Source: Lachnospiraceae bacterium
Lineage (GTDB): Bacteria > Bacillota > Clostridia > Lachnospirales > Lachnospiraceae
Reading direction: 5' to 3'
DNA length: 55,609 nucleotides
NCBI GenBank assembly: GCA_017471325.1
Contig: JAFUUX010000107.1
Coordinates: 1 to 55,609 of the forward strand
Position numbers and translations under genes: made by a program
Shown: positions 1 to 11,326 of the stretch, piece by piece
Position numbering within the stretch: the stretch's first letter is position 1
How the letters are laid out: every line of letters begins with the position of its first letter
The notes under the pieces: model-generated
What the model was told of the DNA's origin: nothing
Database searches by the model: none
The model's input: the letters and a program-made list of their open reading frames with translations, nothing else

Positions 1-532
1 AGCCCAGTTTTTCCCCGGCTTCAATGGCCGGACGCGTAAGTATGATACGTCCGACTTCCTCCTGCTTAAAGGCCGTAATTGCCATCGCCATCGCCAGGTA
101 GGTTTTTCCGGTACCGGCAGGTCCGGTCCCGAATACCACCATATCGTTTCGGATCGCATCGACATACGCCTTCTGTCCCGCCGTTTTGGGGCGGATCGTT
201 TTTCCGCTGATCGTGCGGCAGATCATATCCTGATCCAGTTCCAAAAGCATTTCGGAACGGTCTTCTTTTGCCAGTTCCAGACCGTATTCCACTTTATGCG
301 CTTCCAGGCTGTGCTCATTCTTTGCGATCTCTGTCAGATCCCGGATGAGCCGGATCGCGCGGTTGACATTTTTCTCACTCCCCAGGATATGCACAGCGCC
401 ATCCCGGTCCGTGATATCCACAAACAGTTCGTCTTCCAGTTTACGCAGATATTTGTCCCCGGCGCCGAATAATAAGCGCAGTCCCTCACTGTCCAGTTCT
501 ATGCTCTTTTGCACTCTGTCTTCCGCTGCCAT
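1..532 (-). CDS. phoH: PhoH family ATPase (3' end runs off the window)
   Basis: Manual translation from ATG at 532: MAAEDRVQKSIELD...IRPKTAGQKAYVDAIRNDMVVFGTGPAGTGKTYLAMAMA...RIILTRPAIEAGEKLG, containing Walker A and the PhoH signature. ATG directly follows the pdp stop (TAAATG). Confidence 0.95.
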   Translation of the reverse strand, partial: MAAEDRVQKSIELDSEGLRLLFGAGDKYLRKLEDELFVDITDRDGAVHILGSEKNVNRAIRLIRDLTEIAKNEHSLEAHKVEYGLELAKEDRSEMLLELDQDMICRTISGKTIRPKTAGQKAYVDAIRNDMVVFGTGPAGTGKTYLAMAMAITAFKQEEVGRIILTRPAIEAGEKLG

Positions 533-1840
533 TTATCCTTCTACCTCACCCAGGATGATGTGATGTGCCTCCGGTGCTTTTTCCGTGATATGAAACGCTG
601 CCTGCAGGCGCGCCCTCGCCTCCGCTGCTTTCTGTCCGTCATTATAATACAACTCTGCCAGAACGTCACCCTCCTGCACCGCATCCGTACATTTTTTATG
701 CAGACGCAGACCGACCGCCGTATCGATCACATCTTCTTTTTTCTCACGCCCGCCGCCCAGCAGCAGGGATGCCATGCCCACTTCTGCGCAGTCGATGGCG
801 CCGATATAACCATTCCGGTCTGCCTTTACCGCAAGCGTATTGGCTGCCGGCTTTAACTTTCCCTCCTCCAGCACATAGGACGGATCGCCGCCCTGGGCCT
901 GTACAAAACGTGCCATCTGCTGAAGCGCTTTCCCGGAATCCAGTTGTTTTTCCAGCAAAGCACAGGCGCTGTCAAAATCCGCAGCCACACCGCCCAGTAC
1001 CGTCATCCTGGCGCCCAGCGTCAGGATCAGTTTGCGGAAATCCGCAGGCCCGCCCCCGCGCAGTGTATCCAGCGCCTCGATCACTTCGATGGCATTGCCG
1101 ACTGCATAGCCGAGCGGCTGATCCATGTCCGTGATGTAAGCCCAGGTTTTCCTGCCGGCATGCTTACCGATCTTTACCATTTCTTTTGCCAATGCCTGCG
1201 CACCGTCAAAATCCCGCATAAAAGCACCGCTGCCGCACTTGACATCCAGCACGATCGCATCCGCGCCGGCTGCCAGTTTCTTGCTCATGACAGAACTCGC
1301 GATCAGGGAAAGCTGGTCTACGGTAGCGGTCACATCCCGCAGCGCATACAGTTTTTTATCCGCAGGCGCCAGTTCCGCAGTCTGTCCCATGATGGCCATG
1401 CCGATCCCGTCCACCTGCCGGATAAACTGCTCCATGGTCAGTTCCGTGGAAAACCCCGGGATGCTCTCCAGTTTGTCAATGGTGCCGCCGGTGTGCCCCA
1501 GTCCGCGCCCACTCATTTTGGCCACCTTCACACCCACGGAAGAAACCAGCGGTGCCAGCGCCAGGCTCACCTTATCCCCGACACCGCCGGTGGAATGTTT
1601 ATCGACTTTGATGCCTTTGATCCCGGAAAGGTCCAGCGCGGCGCCGCTGTCCCGCATCGCCAGTGTCAGATCTCCGGTTTCCTGATCGGTCATCCCCTGA
1701 AAATAAATGGCCATCGTCATCGCGGACATCTGATAATCCGGGATCGTTCCTTTGGTATAGCCATCTATCATAAAACGGATCTCCTCGCCTGAAAGCGCTC
1801 CGCCGTGTTTCTTCTTTTCCAACAGATCATACATCCGCAT
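533..1840 (-). CDS. pdp: Pyrimidine-nucleoside (thymidine) phosphorylase
   Basis: Motifs VDKHSTGGVGDK, KMSGRGLGHTGGTIDKLE and SVMSKKLA. Start placed at MRMYD (1840), 9 nt after AAGGAG. Confidence 0.96.
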   Translation of the reverse strand: MRMYDLLEKKKHGGALSGEEIRFMIDGYTKGTIPDYQMSAMTMAIYFQGMTDQETGDLTLAMRDSGAALDLSGIKGIKVDKHSTGGVGDKVSLALAPLVSSVGVKVAKMSGRGLGHTGGTIDKLESIPGFSTELTMEQFIRQVDGIGMAIMGQTAELAPADKKLYALRDVTATVDQLSLIASSVMSKKLAAGADAIVLDVKCGSGAFMRDFDGAQALAKEMVKIGKHAGRKTWAYITDMDQPLGYAVGNAIEVIEALDTLRGGGPADFRKLILTLGARMTVLGGVAADFDSACALLEKQLDSGKALQQMARFVQAQGGDPSYVLEEGKLKPAANTLAVKADRNGYIGAIDCAEVGMASLLLGGGREKKEDVIDTAVGLRLHKKCTDAVQEGDVLAELYYNDGQKAAEARARLQAAFHITEKAPEAHHIILGEVEG

Positions 1841-1842
1841 AC

Positions 1843-1872
1843 TTGTCATCTCCTTCTTTTTTATGCTATAGT
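1843..1872 (+). promoter_or_regulatory. Putative sigma-A promoter for the RsmF-like gene
   Basis: TTGTCA-18 nt-TATAGT with an extended TGn. Confidence 0.5.
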
Positions 1873-1917
1873 AAACACTGTTATAACAAATATTACGAAA
1901 TCAACAGGACATCGATC

Positions 1918-3276
1918 ATGCAATTACCCGAACTCTTTATACAGCGCATGCAAACACTGCTGCAGGATTCCGCCGGGGACTATCTGGCTTCGTTTGCCAC
2001 ACCACCGGTAAAGGCCCTTCATCTGAATACCGCCCGCATGGATCCGCAGCGTTTCCTGGCATGGCAGAAAGCGCATGCAGAACTGCTTCCGGCGGAAGAA
2101 CTTGCCGGCAGCGGTATTTTTCTGACCACGGCCAACGGGATCGGCCATCATCCCCTGCACCACGCGGGGCTCATCTATTCCCAGGATCCCGCTGCCCAAC
2201 TGGTGCTGGCCGGTGTAGCGCTTTCCAAAGACCTGCGCATTCTGGATCTCTGCGCCGCCCCCGGCGGAAAGACCTCCCAACTGGCACGCGCGGTGGATGG
2301 CGGCAGCGGTTTTGTCGTTGCCAATGAGCCGCATCCCGCCAGAAACCGTATCCTCCTTGGCAACATAGAGCGCATGGGGTACCGGAATGTCTGTGTCACC
2401 AAGGCAGAACCCGAAGACCTGGCCGTGCTGTATCCGGAATCCTTTGATCTGGTGGTGGTGGATGCCCCCTGCTCCGGCGAAGGCATGTTCCGCAAATATC
2501 CGGAAAGCATACAGGAATGGTCTATGGAAAACGTGCAGCACTGCGCGCAGCGCCAAAAAGAGATCCTGCGCTCTGCCGTCTCCTGCTTACGTCCCGGCGG
2601 CCGGCTCATATACTCCACCTGTACCTATGCGCCCGAAGAAGACGAGGAACAGCTGCAGTATCTGCTTCATGAACTTTGCCTGCAGCCGGACACCGTTCCT
2701 GCGATCGTGCAGGATCAGGCGATGCCCTGCGCCCCTTCCGCCTTCCGCTGCTATCCGCATCTCTTCCCCGGGGAAGGCCAGTTTATGGCGTATCTGAAAA
2801 AACCGGGGGATACTTTGGCAGCTGCCGTATCACAGCGGAAGCCGCCGCTTGCAAAATGCTCCAAACAGGAAGCCGCTGCGTTTACGGAACTGTACGGCCT
2901 GCCTGCGGATGCCTTTCCTTTGTATTCCCTGCGCGGCCGCATCATCGTCCTGCCCTTTGCATTGCCCCGTCTGTCAAAAAAGGGCTTAAGCTGCCTGGGC
3001 GTCACTGCCGCGGAATGGGATGAAAAGAAAAAACGTTACCAGCCGCATCATCAGTTTTTCAGTGCTTACGGGATGGAACTGCCGCAGACCCTGGATCTGG
3101 CTCCGGACGATCCTGCGCTGTGGCAGTATCTGTGCGGTGCGGAACTGCCCGCCCCTGACGGTTTTTCCAAAGGCCATGCTGCCACCTGCTGTATGGGTGC
3201 CGCGCTCGGCGGTGTGCGTGTAGCCGGCGGCCGTCTGAAAAACCTTTATCCCAAAGGCTTGCGGGAACTTTCCTGA
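1918..3276 (+). CDS. rsmF: RsmF/NOL1/NOP2/Sun family rRNA cytosine-C5 methyltransferase
   Basis: Motifs LDLCAAPGGKT, VDAPCSGEGMFRK and YSTCT; C-terminal KNLYPKGLR typical of RsmF-like proteins. Start placed at MQLPELF. Confidence 0.88.
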   Translation: MQLPELFIQRMQTLLQDSAGDYLASFATPPVKALHLNTARMDPQRFLAWQKAHAELLPAEELAGSGIFLTTANGIGHHPLHHAGLIYSQDPAAQLVLAGVALSKDLRILDLCAAPGGKTSQLARAVDGGSGFVVANEPHPARNRILLGNIERMGYRNVCVTKAEPEDLAVLYPESFDLVVVDAPCSGEGMFRKYPESIQEWSMENVQHCAQRQKEILRSAVSCLRPGGRLIYSTCTYAPEEDEEQLQYLLHELCLQPDTVPAIVQDQAMPCAPSAFRCYPHLFPGEGQFMAYLKKPGDTLAAAVSQRKPPLAKCSKQEAAAFTELYGLPADAFPLYSLRGRIIVLPFALPRLSKKGLSCLGVTAAEWDEKKKRYQPHHQFFSAYGMELPQTLDLAPDDPALWQYLCGAELPAPDGFSKGHAATCCMGAALGGVRVAGGRLKNLYPKGLRELS

Positions 3277-3759
3277 TCATTTATGATAGGGTTCGCCCCG
3301 CAATATCTTATGCGCGCGGTAGATCTGTTCCAGCAGGATCAGACGCATGAGCTGATGCGGAAATGTCATTTTGGAAAAAGACAATTTCATATCCGCCTGC
3401 TCTTTTAACCGCGCATCCAGCCCTAACGAGCCGCCGATCAGAAACTGCAGATGGCTGACCGAAAGATCCTGCTGCTCTTTGATATATGCCGCAAAATCTT
3501 CGGAAGATAACTGCTTTCCCTCTACCGCCAGCAGGATCTTTTTGGCACGCCGCTCCAGATGCTCCGCCAGCCGGTCACCTTCCATACGCAGGATCATCTC
3601 TTTTTCGGTTTCCGAACACTGCTCCGGTGTTTTTTCATCCTTTACTTCAATGATCCGCAGTGTTGTAAACGCGCCCAGCCGTTTGGCATATTCCGCGATC
3701 ATGGAACGCACAGCCTCTTCCCTGATCTTTCCGACACAAAGGATATCTGTTTTAAGCAT
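3277..3759 (-). CDS. rlmH: 23S rRNA pseudouridine-1915 N3-methyltransferase
   Basis: Motifs ILCVGKIRE, FLIGGSLGL and SFSKMTFPHQLMRLILLEQIYRA...PYHK. Start at MLKTD (3759), overlapping the upstream stop. Confidence 0.96.
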   Translation of the reverse strand: MLKTDILCVGKIREEAVRSMIAEYAKRLGAFTTLRIIEVKDEKTPEQCSETEKEMILRMEGDRLAEHLERRAKKILLAVEGKQLSSEDFAAYIKEQQDLSVSHLQFLIGGSLGLDARLKEQADMKLSFSKMTFPHQLMRLILLEQIYRAHKILRGEPYHK

Positions 3760-4420
3760 TGGGTGCCTCGTACAGTTTTTGATAGATCTGCTCGCACATT
3801 TCTTCAATATATTCGGGTGCCAGATTCATAAAACGATCCGTTACCAATTTGCGGATCACCTCGGTCCTGGCATAATAAAGCATGCCTTCCTCTAACTCCT
3901 GCCCGGCAAAAACCTGGTCGATCTTCTCGCGCTCCAGCGTATCCGCCCATTTTAAGATTTCCGCGGTACGCCTGTCCTCTTCCTCGGCAAAAACAGTTAA
4001 TCTCCTAAACGAGCGCATGGAAAATGCGCCGAATATCACCATGGCCAAAGCAAAGATCCCCAGGATCCCGCACATGCTGAAACGCTGCACGATGGGCATT
4101 TTGATCGGAAGCGTGTCGAATGCCCATAAAATGACAAACAGCAGAAAGACACCTCCCAGGATCAGCATAGCCAGGCCGGAATTTCTGGCCTCCACCGCTT
4201 TCTGCGACTGGCTCTGGTATGGTTTGGCATAAACATAAGGCCTGCCCTGCTCCCGCATCGGCATGGCGGCACGTACCGGATCGTCTTTCGGCGGCAATTC
4301 CGCCGTCAAGGAAACGTCATCCGTTTCCTGCTGCAAAGACTCCACCAATGCCATATGACATCTGGGGCACTCTTTTACACCATCTACATATTCATACCGG
4401 CATTTCGGACACCAGGCCAT
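3752..4420 (-). CDS. Hypothetical membrane protein with N-terminal zinc ribbon
   Basis: CPKC-x12-CPRC at the N-terminus, two hydrophobic helices, RBS AAGGAGG. Confidence 0.8.
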   Translation of the reverse strand: MAWCPKCRYEYVDGVKECPRCHMALVESLQQETDDVSLTAELPPKDDPVRAAMPMREQGRPYVYAKPYQSQSQKAVEARNSGLAMLILGGVFLLFVILWAFDTLPIKMPIVQRFSMCGILGIFALAMVIFGAFSMRSFRRLTVFAEEEDRRTAEILKWADTLEREKIDQVFAGQELEEGMLYYARTEVIRKLVTDRFMNLAPEYIEEMCEQIYQKLYEAPNA

Positions 4421-4527
4421 GGCGGCCTCCTTTCCTTGAAATCTTTCCGTTCAGAAATTCTCTGTTCAGAAACCGTATGGTTATGTATTCCTGTATATTC
4501 CCGCTGCAGCGGACCTGCGGCAGTTCT

Positions 4528-6243
4528 TTACTGCGCCGGCGGCAGATCATCCATCAGGATGATCGGATCCGGGATCGCATAGGCTTCCGGCGGGATCTCC
4601 GCGCCTTTGGAAAACGTCATATCCTCTTCGTCGCGTATCGCCTTATACAGACTGCCGTCTTTGATATCTGCCAGATAGAATGCGCCTGTCTTCATCGATG
4701 ATTCCGCAGAATCGATCACATTTTCGGTGATCAGATAGTAAATGGTATCCTCCAGTTTCAGCGCCGCACCTACACTGTAACTGTAACGCGAGGTATTTCC
4801 CGGCAGATGCCCTGTCAGATCAATGGTTTTTCCGCTGTTTAGATTATATTGTTTTAAGTTGTTGATGATATCCTGTATTTCAATATCACTTTCCAGGGAA
4901 AGGTCATATTCGATATCCCGGATCTCGCCGCATACCCCTTCCTGACTGTAGGAAACAAAGATAAAATGGCTGTGTCCGAGCGGCATGGGGATCGGTCCCA
5001 GATATTCGATGCTTTCGTTTGTGGGCGCTTTTCCATCCGTGGTATAATATACGGTTCCGAATTTGATCCCTTCTGCCACGATCAGCTCCGGTTCCTTATA
5101 TTCACCGCTCTCCGGTGTGACGATCGGCGCATCCGGCTTGCGGATATCGATCGTATACACGCCGGTGGTCACATCCGACTGTATCCCGTAATTGTTCACA
5201 AACATGGCATTGATCTCATAGATGCCCAGTTCCATGTAGATCGGCGACGTATACACCTCACTCTCCAGCGTAGGCTCGCTCCCGTCCAGCGTATAGTAAA
5301 TCGTTCCGTTTGTGATCGAGGAAAGTTTTAACCATACCACCTGGTCATAAGTCCCCGGTTCATCGCTGAGTTCGGGCGCTTCCGCCAGATACTCCGTAAA
5401 TTGCGCCAGTATGGAAGGATCGTTACATTTGGATAAAATATCCTCGATCTGCGCATAATCCTTTAACTCCGCGTAATAATTGATCAGCCGGCGGTATGCC
5501 TGAATGGAATTCAGGTCATCCGCGTAGATGATCTCCCACAGCATCAGTAATGCTTTTTCATCCTCATCCGTTTCAAAATAATAGTCCACCAGGGTAAATT
5601 TCAGTGAGGTATCACTGTCATCCAGAAGCAGTGCCTTTTCCATGTGCTCGATGGCTTCCACGTAATTCCCGTGCGCTGCCGCGTCCCTTGCAAGCGCTGC
5701 CTGATGCACACTGGAATTGTCTTCATAAACATGCTGGCTTAAGTAAAAGATCACCAGGCCCAGACCTGCAAATACGATCAGTCCCAGCAGAAAATACAGC
5801 CAACGGAAACGGCTTTCACGGATCGCCAACGCGATCTGATGCATCACATCCTCTTCATTTTCAAAATCTTCCAGTTCATCTAAAAAATCGCCGTCGTATT
5901 CTTCATCAAATTCATCCAGATAGTCTTCCTCATCCCCGTCGGGCGCGTCCTCCAGAAATTCCGGATCCATATCCGCCTGTGAGAGCAGCGTTTCCCGCAG
6001 CGTCTCCATGTCCGGCAGTTCATTTGTTGCGGCAAGCGCATCCGCAGCAGAAGCCTCTTCCTCTGCCTGCGTGTTTTTTCCCAAAGACTCTACCACAGCC
6101 GAAACCTCCAGATCGGATAAGGTTCCGCTGATCTCATTTTCTATCTCAGGTTCAAAATCGGGGATGAGCTTGACTTCCTCACCGCATTTGCTGCAGTATA
6201 GCAGATCATCCGCGATCTCTTCTCCGCAATTCGGACAGATCAT
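4528..6243 (-). CDS. Zinc-ribbon / acidic linker / TM / TPR-like / chitobiase-beta-hexosaminidase C-terminal (Fn3-associated) domain protein
   Basis: CPNC..CSKC, one TM segment, helical AIEHMEKALLLD, and IYYTLDGSEPT and VYYTTDGKAPT repeats. RBS AGGAGGAG. Confidence 0.8.
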   Translation of the reverse strand: MICPNCGEEIADDLLYCSKCGEEVKLIPDFEPEIENEISGTLSDLEVSAVVESLGKNTQAEEEASAADALAATNELPDMETLRETLLSQADMDPEFLEDAPDGDEEDYLDEFDEEYDGDFLDELEDFENEEDVMHQIALAIRESRFRWLYFLLGLIVFAGLGLVIFYLSQHVYEDNSSVHQAALARDAAAHGNYVEAIEHMEKALLLDDSDTSLKFTLVDYYFETDEDEKALLMLWEIIYADDLNSIQAYRRLINYYAELKDYAQIEDILSKCNDPSILAQFTEYLAEAPELSDEPGTYDQVVWLKLSSITNGTIYYTLDGSEPTLESEVYTSPIYMELGIYEINAMFVNNYGIQSDVTTGVYTIDIRKPDAPIVTPESGEYKEPELIVAEGIKFGTVYYTTDGKAPTNESIEYLGPIPMPLGHSHFIFVSYSQEGVCGEIRDIEYDLSLESDIEIQDIINNLKQYNLNSGKTIDLTGHLPGNTSRYSYSVGAALKLEDTIYYLITENVIDSAESSMKTGAFYLADIKDGSLYKAIRDEEDMTFSKGAEIPPEAYAIPDPIILMDDLPPAQ

Positions 6244-6273
6244 GTCTCCTCCTGTATGCTTTCCGGCCGAGTG

Positions 6274-7941
6274 TTATGACAGACCGGTAATATGGCCGTC
6301 ATCACTGACATCGATGCGATAAGCCGCCGGCTCCTTGGGCAGACCAGGCATCGCCAGGATGCTGCCGGATAAAGCTACCAGAAAACCGGCCCCTGCAGAG
6401 ATATACACCTCCCGGATATGGAAGGTAAAGCCCTCCGGCGCGCCCAATGCTTTCGGCTCATCCGAAAGGGAATACTGCGTTTTTGCAATGCAGACCGGTA
6501 CATTTCCAAAGCCCAGTTCCGTGAGGCGGCGCAGTTCTTTTTCCGCCGCGGCGCTGTATTCCACATCCTTTGCACCGTAGATCTTTGCAGCGATCGTTTC
6601 TATCTTTTCTTTTAAGGACAGTTCATCCGGATAAACAGGCGCGAAATGGCTTTCCTGTTCACACAGTTCTGTCACCAGTTTTGCGAGTTCCACTGCGCCG
6701 TCCCCGCCCTTCGTAAACACCTCGGATACGGCAAACGAAACACCTTCCTGCGCGCAGATTTCCGATAACGTCCGGATCTCTTCTTCGGTATCCTCGGCGA
6801 AACGGTTGATCGTTACTGCGATCGGCAGGCCGTATTTTTTCAGATTGGCAATGTGCCGTTTCAGATTGACGCTGCCTTTTTTCAGGGCTTCGATATTTTC
6901 TGTTTTTAAGTCCGCAACCGGCACCCCGCCATTATATTTCAGCGCGCGGATCGTTGCCACCAGCACCGCCGCCGAAGGTGCAAGCCCTGCCATGCGGCAC
7001 TTGATATCCAAAAATTTCTCCGCACCCAGATCAGCGCCAAAACCGGCTTCCGTAATGACATAATCGCCAAGCTTCATGGCTGTGCGTGTCGCCATCACGC
7101 TGTTGCAGCCATGCGCGATATTGGCAAAAGGACCGCCGTGGATCAATACGGGCGTATGCTCCAATGTCTGCACCAGATTGGGTTTTAAGGCATCTTTGAG
7201 TAAGGCTGCCATCGGTCCCACCGCTTGCAGATCCGCTGCGGTCACCGGCTTTCCGTCAAGATCGTAAGCTGCGATGATGCGTCCCAGCCTGGCCTTCAGA
7301 TCCGCCATATCCTCTGCCAGACAAAGGATCGCCATGATCTCGCTGGCGACGGTGATCACAAAATGATCCTCCCGCACAAAACCGTCACTCCTGGTACCCA
7401 GCCCGACCACCACATTGCGCAGCACACGGTCATTCATATCCAGACAGCGTTTCCAGACGATCTGCCTGCTGTCGATGCGAAGGGCATTTCCCTGCTGGAT
7501 ATGATTATCCAGAAGCGCTGCCAGCAGATTGTTTGCTGAAGTGATGGCATGGAAATCCCCTGTAAAATGCAGATTGATATCCTCCATGGGAACGACCTGC
7601 GCGTACCCGCCGCCGGCCGCCCCGCCCTTTACGCCAAAGCAGGGTCCCAAAGACGGCTCTCTGAGTGCCAGTACCGCCTTTTTGCCGATCTTTGCCATGG
7701 CCTGGGAAAGCCCTACGCTGATTGTTGTCTTGCCTTCGCCGGCCGGTGTCGGATTGATGGCTGTGACCAGGATCAGTTTGCCATCCGGCTGCTGTTTTAA
7801 ACGGCGGATACAGTCATCGGATATTTTTGCCTTATATTTTCCGTAACACTCCAGATCCTCCTCCGTAAGGCCGATCTGTTCTGCAATCTTTGTGATCGGA
7901 TATAATTCTGCTTCCTGCGCGATCTCGATATCACTTTTCAT
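6274..7941 (-). CDS. fhs: Formate--tetrahydrofolate ligase
   Basis: Motifs [28 protein letters not shown] and [14 protein letters not shown]; 555 aa. Confidence 0.98.
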   Translation of the reverse strand: MKSDIEIAQEAELYPITKIAEQIGLTEEDLECYGKYKAKISDDCIRRLKQQPDGKLILVTAINPTPAGEGKTTISVGLSQAMAKIGKKAVLALREPSLGPCFGVKGGAAGGGYAQVVPMEDINLHFTGDFHAITSANNLLAALLDNHIQQGNALRIDSRQIVWKRCLDMNDRVLRNVVVGLGTRSDGFVREDHFVITVASEIMAILCLAEDMADLKARLGRIIAAYDLDGKPVTAADLQAVGPMAALLKDALKPNLVQTLEHTPVLIHGGPFANIAHGCNSVMATRTAMKLGDYVITEAGFGADLGAEKFLDIKCRMAGLAPSAAVLVATIRALKYNGGVPVADLKTENIEALKKGSVNLKRHIANLKKYGLPIAVTINRFAEDTEEEIRTLSEICAQEGVSFAVSEVFTKGGDGAVELAKLVTELCEQESHFAPVYPDELSLKEKIETIAAKIYGAKDVEYSAAAEKELRRLTELGFGNVPVCIAKTQYSLSDEPKALGAPEGFTFHIREVYISAGAGFLVALSGSILAMPGLPKEPAAYRIDVSDDGHITGLS

Positions 7942-8003
7942 ATCGCTGCACCCTCCAATTGATGTGATCTTGTATATTCGCGAACAAAATAAACTGCCGT
8001 TTT

Positions 8004-11000
8004 TTATTTTTTCGCATGCCGCTCCTGGATAAACTGTTCCAGCTGCGCGGCGTTCATCAATACTTTGCGCGGTTTGGTGCCTTCCTCCGGCCCGACCACG
8101 CCGTTTGCCTCCATCTGATCCACGATACGTGCCGCACGGTTGTATCCGACTTTGAATACCCGCTGCAGCATGCCGCTGGAAGCTTTTTCTTTTTCTACCA
8201 CAAAGCGGCAGGCGTCATCAAAATACGAATCCAGGTCATCACCGGCCTCCTCGGAAGCGGCTTCTTTTCCGGCTGCTTCCCCGTCGCCGCTCATATCCGA
8301 AATCTTGTTCAGTACCTCTTCGTCATAGACATTTCCGTCTGCAATGCTCTTTAAGTATTCCGTCACACGCTGTACTTCACCGTCGGATACAAAAGCACCC
8401 TGCACACGCAGCGGCTTGCTGTATCCCTGCGGATAAAAGAGCATATCGCCATAGCCCAGCAAGCGCTCTGCACCCACGGAATCCAATATGGTCCTGGAAT
8501 CCACGCCGCTGGAAACCTTCAGAGCCACACGGCTGGGCATATTGGCTTTGATCAGACCGGTAATGACATCCACGCTGGGACGCTGCGTCGCTATGATCAG
8601 ATGGATGCCCGCTGCCCTGGCGAGCTGCGCGATACGGCAGATGGAATCCTCCACATCCTTGGAAGCCACCATCATCAGGTCGGCCAACTCGTCTACAACG
8701 ATCACAATCTGTGGAAGCCGCTCCGGCGGCTGTCCGTCCGCAGCCGGTATCTTCCCCTCATCCACCAGTTCGTTATATGCCTTGATGCCGCGCACATTAT
8801 GCTCGGCAAACACTTTATAACGCCTGGACATTTCCGCCACAGCCCAGGCAAGTGCCGCATTTGCTTTTCTCGGATCCGTCACCACCGGCAGAAGCAGATG
8901 CGGTATCCCGTTATATACCGAAAACTCAACTACCTTCGGATCGATCAGGATCAGTTTCACTTCATCCGGATCCGCTTCATATAGAATACTCAAAATAATA
9001 GAGTTTGTAAACACGGACTTGCCGGACCCCGTGGAACCGGCCACCAATAAGTGCGGCATCTTTGCGATATCGGATACGATAGTATGACCGCTGATGTCTT
9101 TGCCGACCACGTAAGTCAGTTTGGAATCCGCCTTTTTGAACTCCTGGGATTCGATCAGTTCCCGTATGCTGACAGGCAGCCTTTCCTTATTCGGGATCTC
9201 GATACCGACAGCCGCCTTTCCGGGGATCGGCGCCTCGATACGGATATCCTGCGCCGCCAGGTTTAATTTCAGGTCATCCGCCAGATTGACGATCTTATTG
9301 ACCTTGATGCCCTCTCCAAGCTGCAGTTCAAACCTGGTCACGGACGGTCCCTGGCAGATATCCGTGACCGTGGCCGTGACACCGAAGGATTTTAAGGTCT
9401 GCTGCAGCAATAGCGCGGTCTCTTTCAGATACTGGTCACTGTCACCGCCGCCCTTCTTTTTTTTCTCATCCAGCAAAGTGATCGGCGGTTTTTCATAGAC
9501 AGCCTTTTTCCTGACGGGGATCTGCTGTCCCGGTGTTACAAAAGCAGCGGACGGCACTGTTTCATTTGCCGCCTGCGCCGTATTTTGTGCCTGGTTTGCC
9601 TGATGCGTCCGCTCCGTTACCGGCTCCGGCATGCCGGTAATGTCGATCTGGGAAACCGCCGGTCTGGCGGAAAGTTCTTCCCTGGGCTGTGCATGTCCGG
9701 ACTGATGCTCCACATCCACCGGCCCGATCTCGATCCATTCCGTATCCGCTGTATGCACGGCCTGTTCCACCACATGCCAGTCATCATCATCGTCTTCTTT
9801 GGCGGCAGCCGCAGGTGCTGTTACGATTTCCTCCTGCGGCGCAGGTGCCGCACTTGCCGACCGCAGCATATCTTCCGGCACCTCGATCCGGATCTCCTCA
9901 AAATCAGCGTCCGGTGCGGTGGTCTCTGATGGATATGCACCTGCTTCCGTAAGAACCGTTTCGGCAGCATACAGTACTTCCTCCGGCACAGACGCCGCTT
10001 CCATGCCCCCGGATGCATACGCTGCCTCCTGCATCGGCGCGTCTGCCTGCTGTACAGGCTCCGTCCGGGCGACGATCTCTTTGAACGGCGCCGTCTTTGC
10101 ATCTTCCATATAGGTCACGGCATCCGCTTCCGGCCTTGACTCCCGGCTCCCGCGGATTTCCCGGATCTCGCTGATCTCCTGCGTGTCATGCATTACGCGG
10201 GGGATCTGCCCCTCCTGCCCCGCCGGTGCCGGCTGTTTCTCCGGATACAGCGTGATCTCATGCATATCATCCAGTTTGTGCCTGGTCGGAATACCGGGAT
10301 CCAGAGCGATCGGATTTAACTGCTTCCGGTTTTTGGAAGAACTGCGCAGGATCCGCTCCTCCTCTTCCCGTTCCTCTGCTTCCCGGCGTCTTTTCTGTTC
10401 ATCCACTTTCCGCTGGCGCTTTTCCTCCTGCTGCGCAGCGAGTTCACGCTGCCGCCTTGCCTTTTTGCGCGCTGCCGCACGGCGTTCTTCCATTACCTGC
10501 TGGCGGTGCGCTTCCTTACGCCGTCTGCGTTCCTCTTCCCGGGCTGCGTCTACGGCCATGGCCTCCTCGTCATCATAATATTCATCTTCTTCGGGTGCTT
10601 CCGCAGGTTCACGGTAATGCATCTCTCCAAAGCGGTCTCCCATATTGCGAAACCATTCCGCCATCCGGCCGATGAACCCTCTGCCGGCAAACACAAGCAA
10701 TGCGATGATAAAGAGCAGGATCGCGATAAATATAGAACCTCCCGGTCCGAAAATATCAAAGAACAACAACGCCGGAAAACCGAATAATACACCGCCGCCA
10801 CTGCCCATCTTATAAAGATCGGCCGCCTTATCATCGCTGCCGCTGATCATATCCAGATTTTTGGAAAAAAAGGCCATCAGCATGCCCAGAAGAATGAACA
10901 TGCAGACCATAGAAACCGTCTGGCGTACCGGTAAAGGCTCTGTTGCAAGGAATACCAGATAGATCATCAAAAAGATCAGCAAAACAGGAACCGCATAGCC

Positions 11001-11279
11001 CAAAAGCCCGAAAACTCCCACAATAAAACTTTTGACCGCAGGACCAAACGCGCCTTTGATCACATTGATCATACATAAAAAAACAACCAGAAGAACACAA
11101 AAAGCGATAAATAAAAACAACTCCGGCAGAAATTCCGCTTCTGCCTGTTTTGCCTTTCTGTTCTTTGCTGTACTGCCGCTTTTCCTTCTGCTGCCCGAAG
11201 CAGCGCGTGTTGTTGTCGTTTTCTTTCTGCCGGACGTTCCCGTCGTACTGCGTTTCCGTCCTGTGCCGGACACTGCCAA
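8004..11279 (-). CDS. ftsK: FtsK/SpoIIIE DNA translocase
   Basis: N-terminal TM domain and long linker; [25 protein letters not shown] and [12 protein letters not shown]; gamma domain [20 protein letters not shown] start after AGGAGG. Confidence 0.96.
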   Translation of the reverse strand: MAVSGTGRKRSTTGTSGRKKTTTTRAASGSRRKSGSTAKNRKAKQAEAEFLPELFLFIAFCVLLVVFLCMINVIKGAFGPAVKSFIVGVFGLLGYAVPVLLIFLMIYLVFLATEPLPVRQTVSMVCMFILLGMLMAFFSKNLDMISGSDDKAADLYKMGSGGGVLFGFPALLFFDIFGPGGSIFIAILLFIIALLVFAGRGFIGRMAEWFRNMGDRFGEMHYREPAEAPEEDEYYDDEEAMAVDAAREEERRRRKEAHRQQVMEERRAAARKKARRQRELAAQQEEKRQRKVDEQKRRREAEEREEEERILRSSSKNRKQLNPIALDPGIPTRHKLDDMHEITLYPEKQPAPAGQEGQIPRVMHDTQEISEIREIRGSRESRPEADAVTYMEDAKTAPFKEIVARTEPVQQADAPMQEAAYASGGMEAASVPEEVLYAAETVLTEAGAYPSETTAPDADFEEIRIEVPEDMLRSASAAPAPQEEIVTAPAAAAKEDDDDDWHVVEQAVHTADTEWIEIGPVDVEHQSGHAQPREELSARPAVSQIDITGMPEPVTERTHQANQAQNTAQAANETVPSAAFVTPGQQIPVRKKAVYEKPPITLLDEKKKKGGGDSDQYLKETALLLQQTLKSFGVTATVTDICQGPSVTRFELQLGEGIKVNKIVNLADDLKLNLAAQDIRIEAPIPGKAAVGIEIPNKERLPVSIRELIESQEFKKADSKLTYVVGKDISGHTIVSDIAKMPHLLVAGSTGSGKSVFTNSIILSILYEADPDEVKLILIDPKVVEFSVYNGIPHLLLPVVTDPRKANAALAWAVAEMSRRYKVFAEHNVRGIKAYNELVDEGKIPAADGQPPERLPQIVIVVDELADLMMVASKDVEDSICRIAQLARAAGIHLIIATQRPSVDVITGLIKANMPSRVALKVSSGVDSRTILDSVGAERLLGYGDMLFYPQGYSKPLRVQGAFVSDGEVQRVTEYLKSIADGNVYDEEVLNKISDMSGDGEAAGKEAASEEAGDDLDSYFDDACRFVVEKEKASSGMLQRVFKVGYNRAARIVDQMEANGVVGPEEGTKPRKVLMNAAQLEQFIQERHAKK

Positions 11280-11326
11280 AATATCTGCCTCCTGTCACAA
11301 AACACCTGCCCCATACGTGCAGACGC

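Noticed and set aside
7942-8003. ZTP/THF riboswitch upstream of fhs
   Set aside because: The 62-nt gap is too short and shows no recognisable structure.
8004-11279. FtsK as the ATPase of a type VII secretion or conjugation system for the distal cassette
   Set aside because: A single ATPase domain with a gamma domain and N-terminal TMs marks the chromosomal division translocase, not EssC or a coupling protein.
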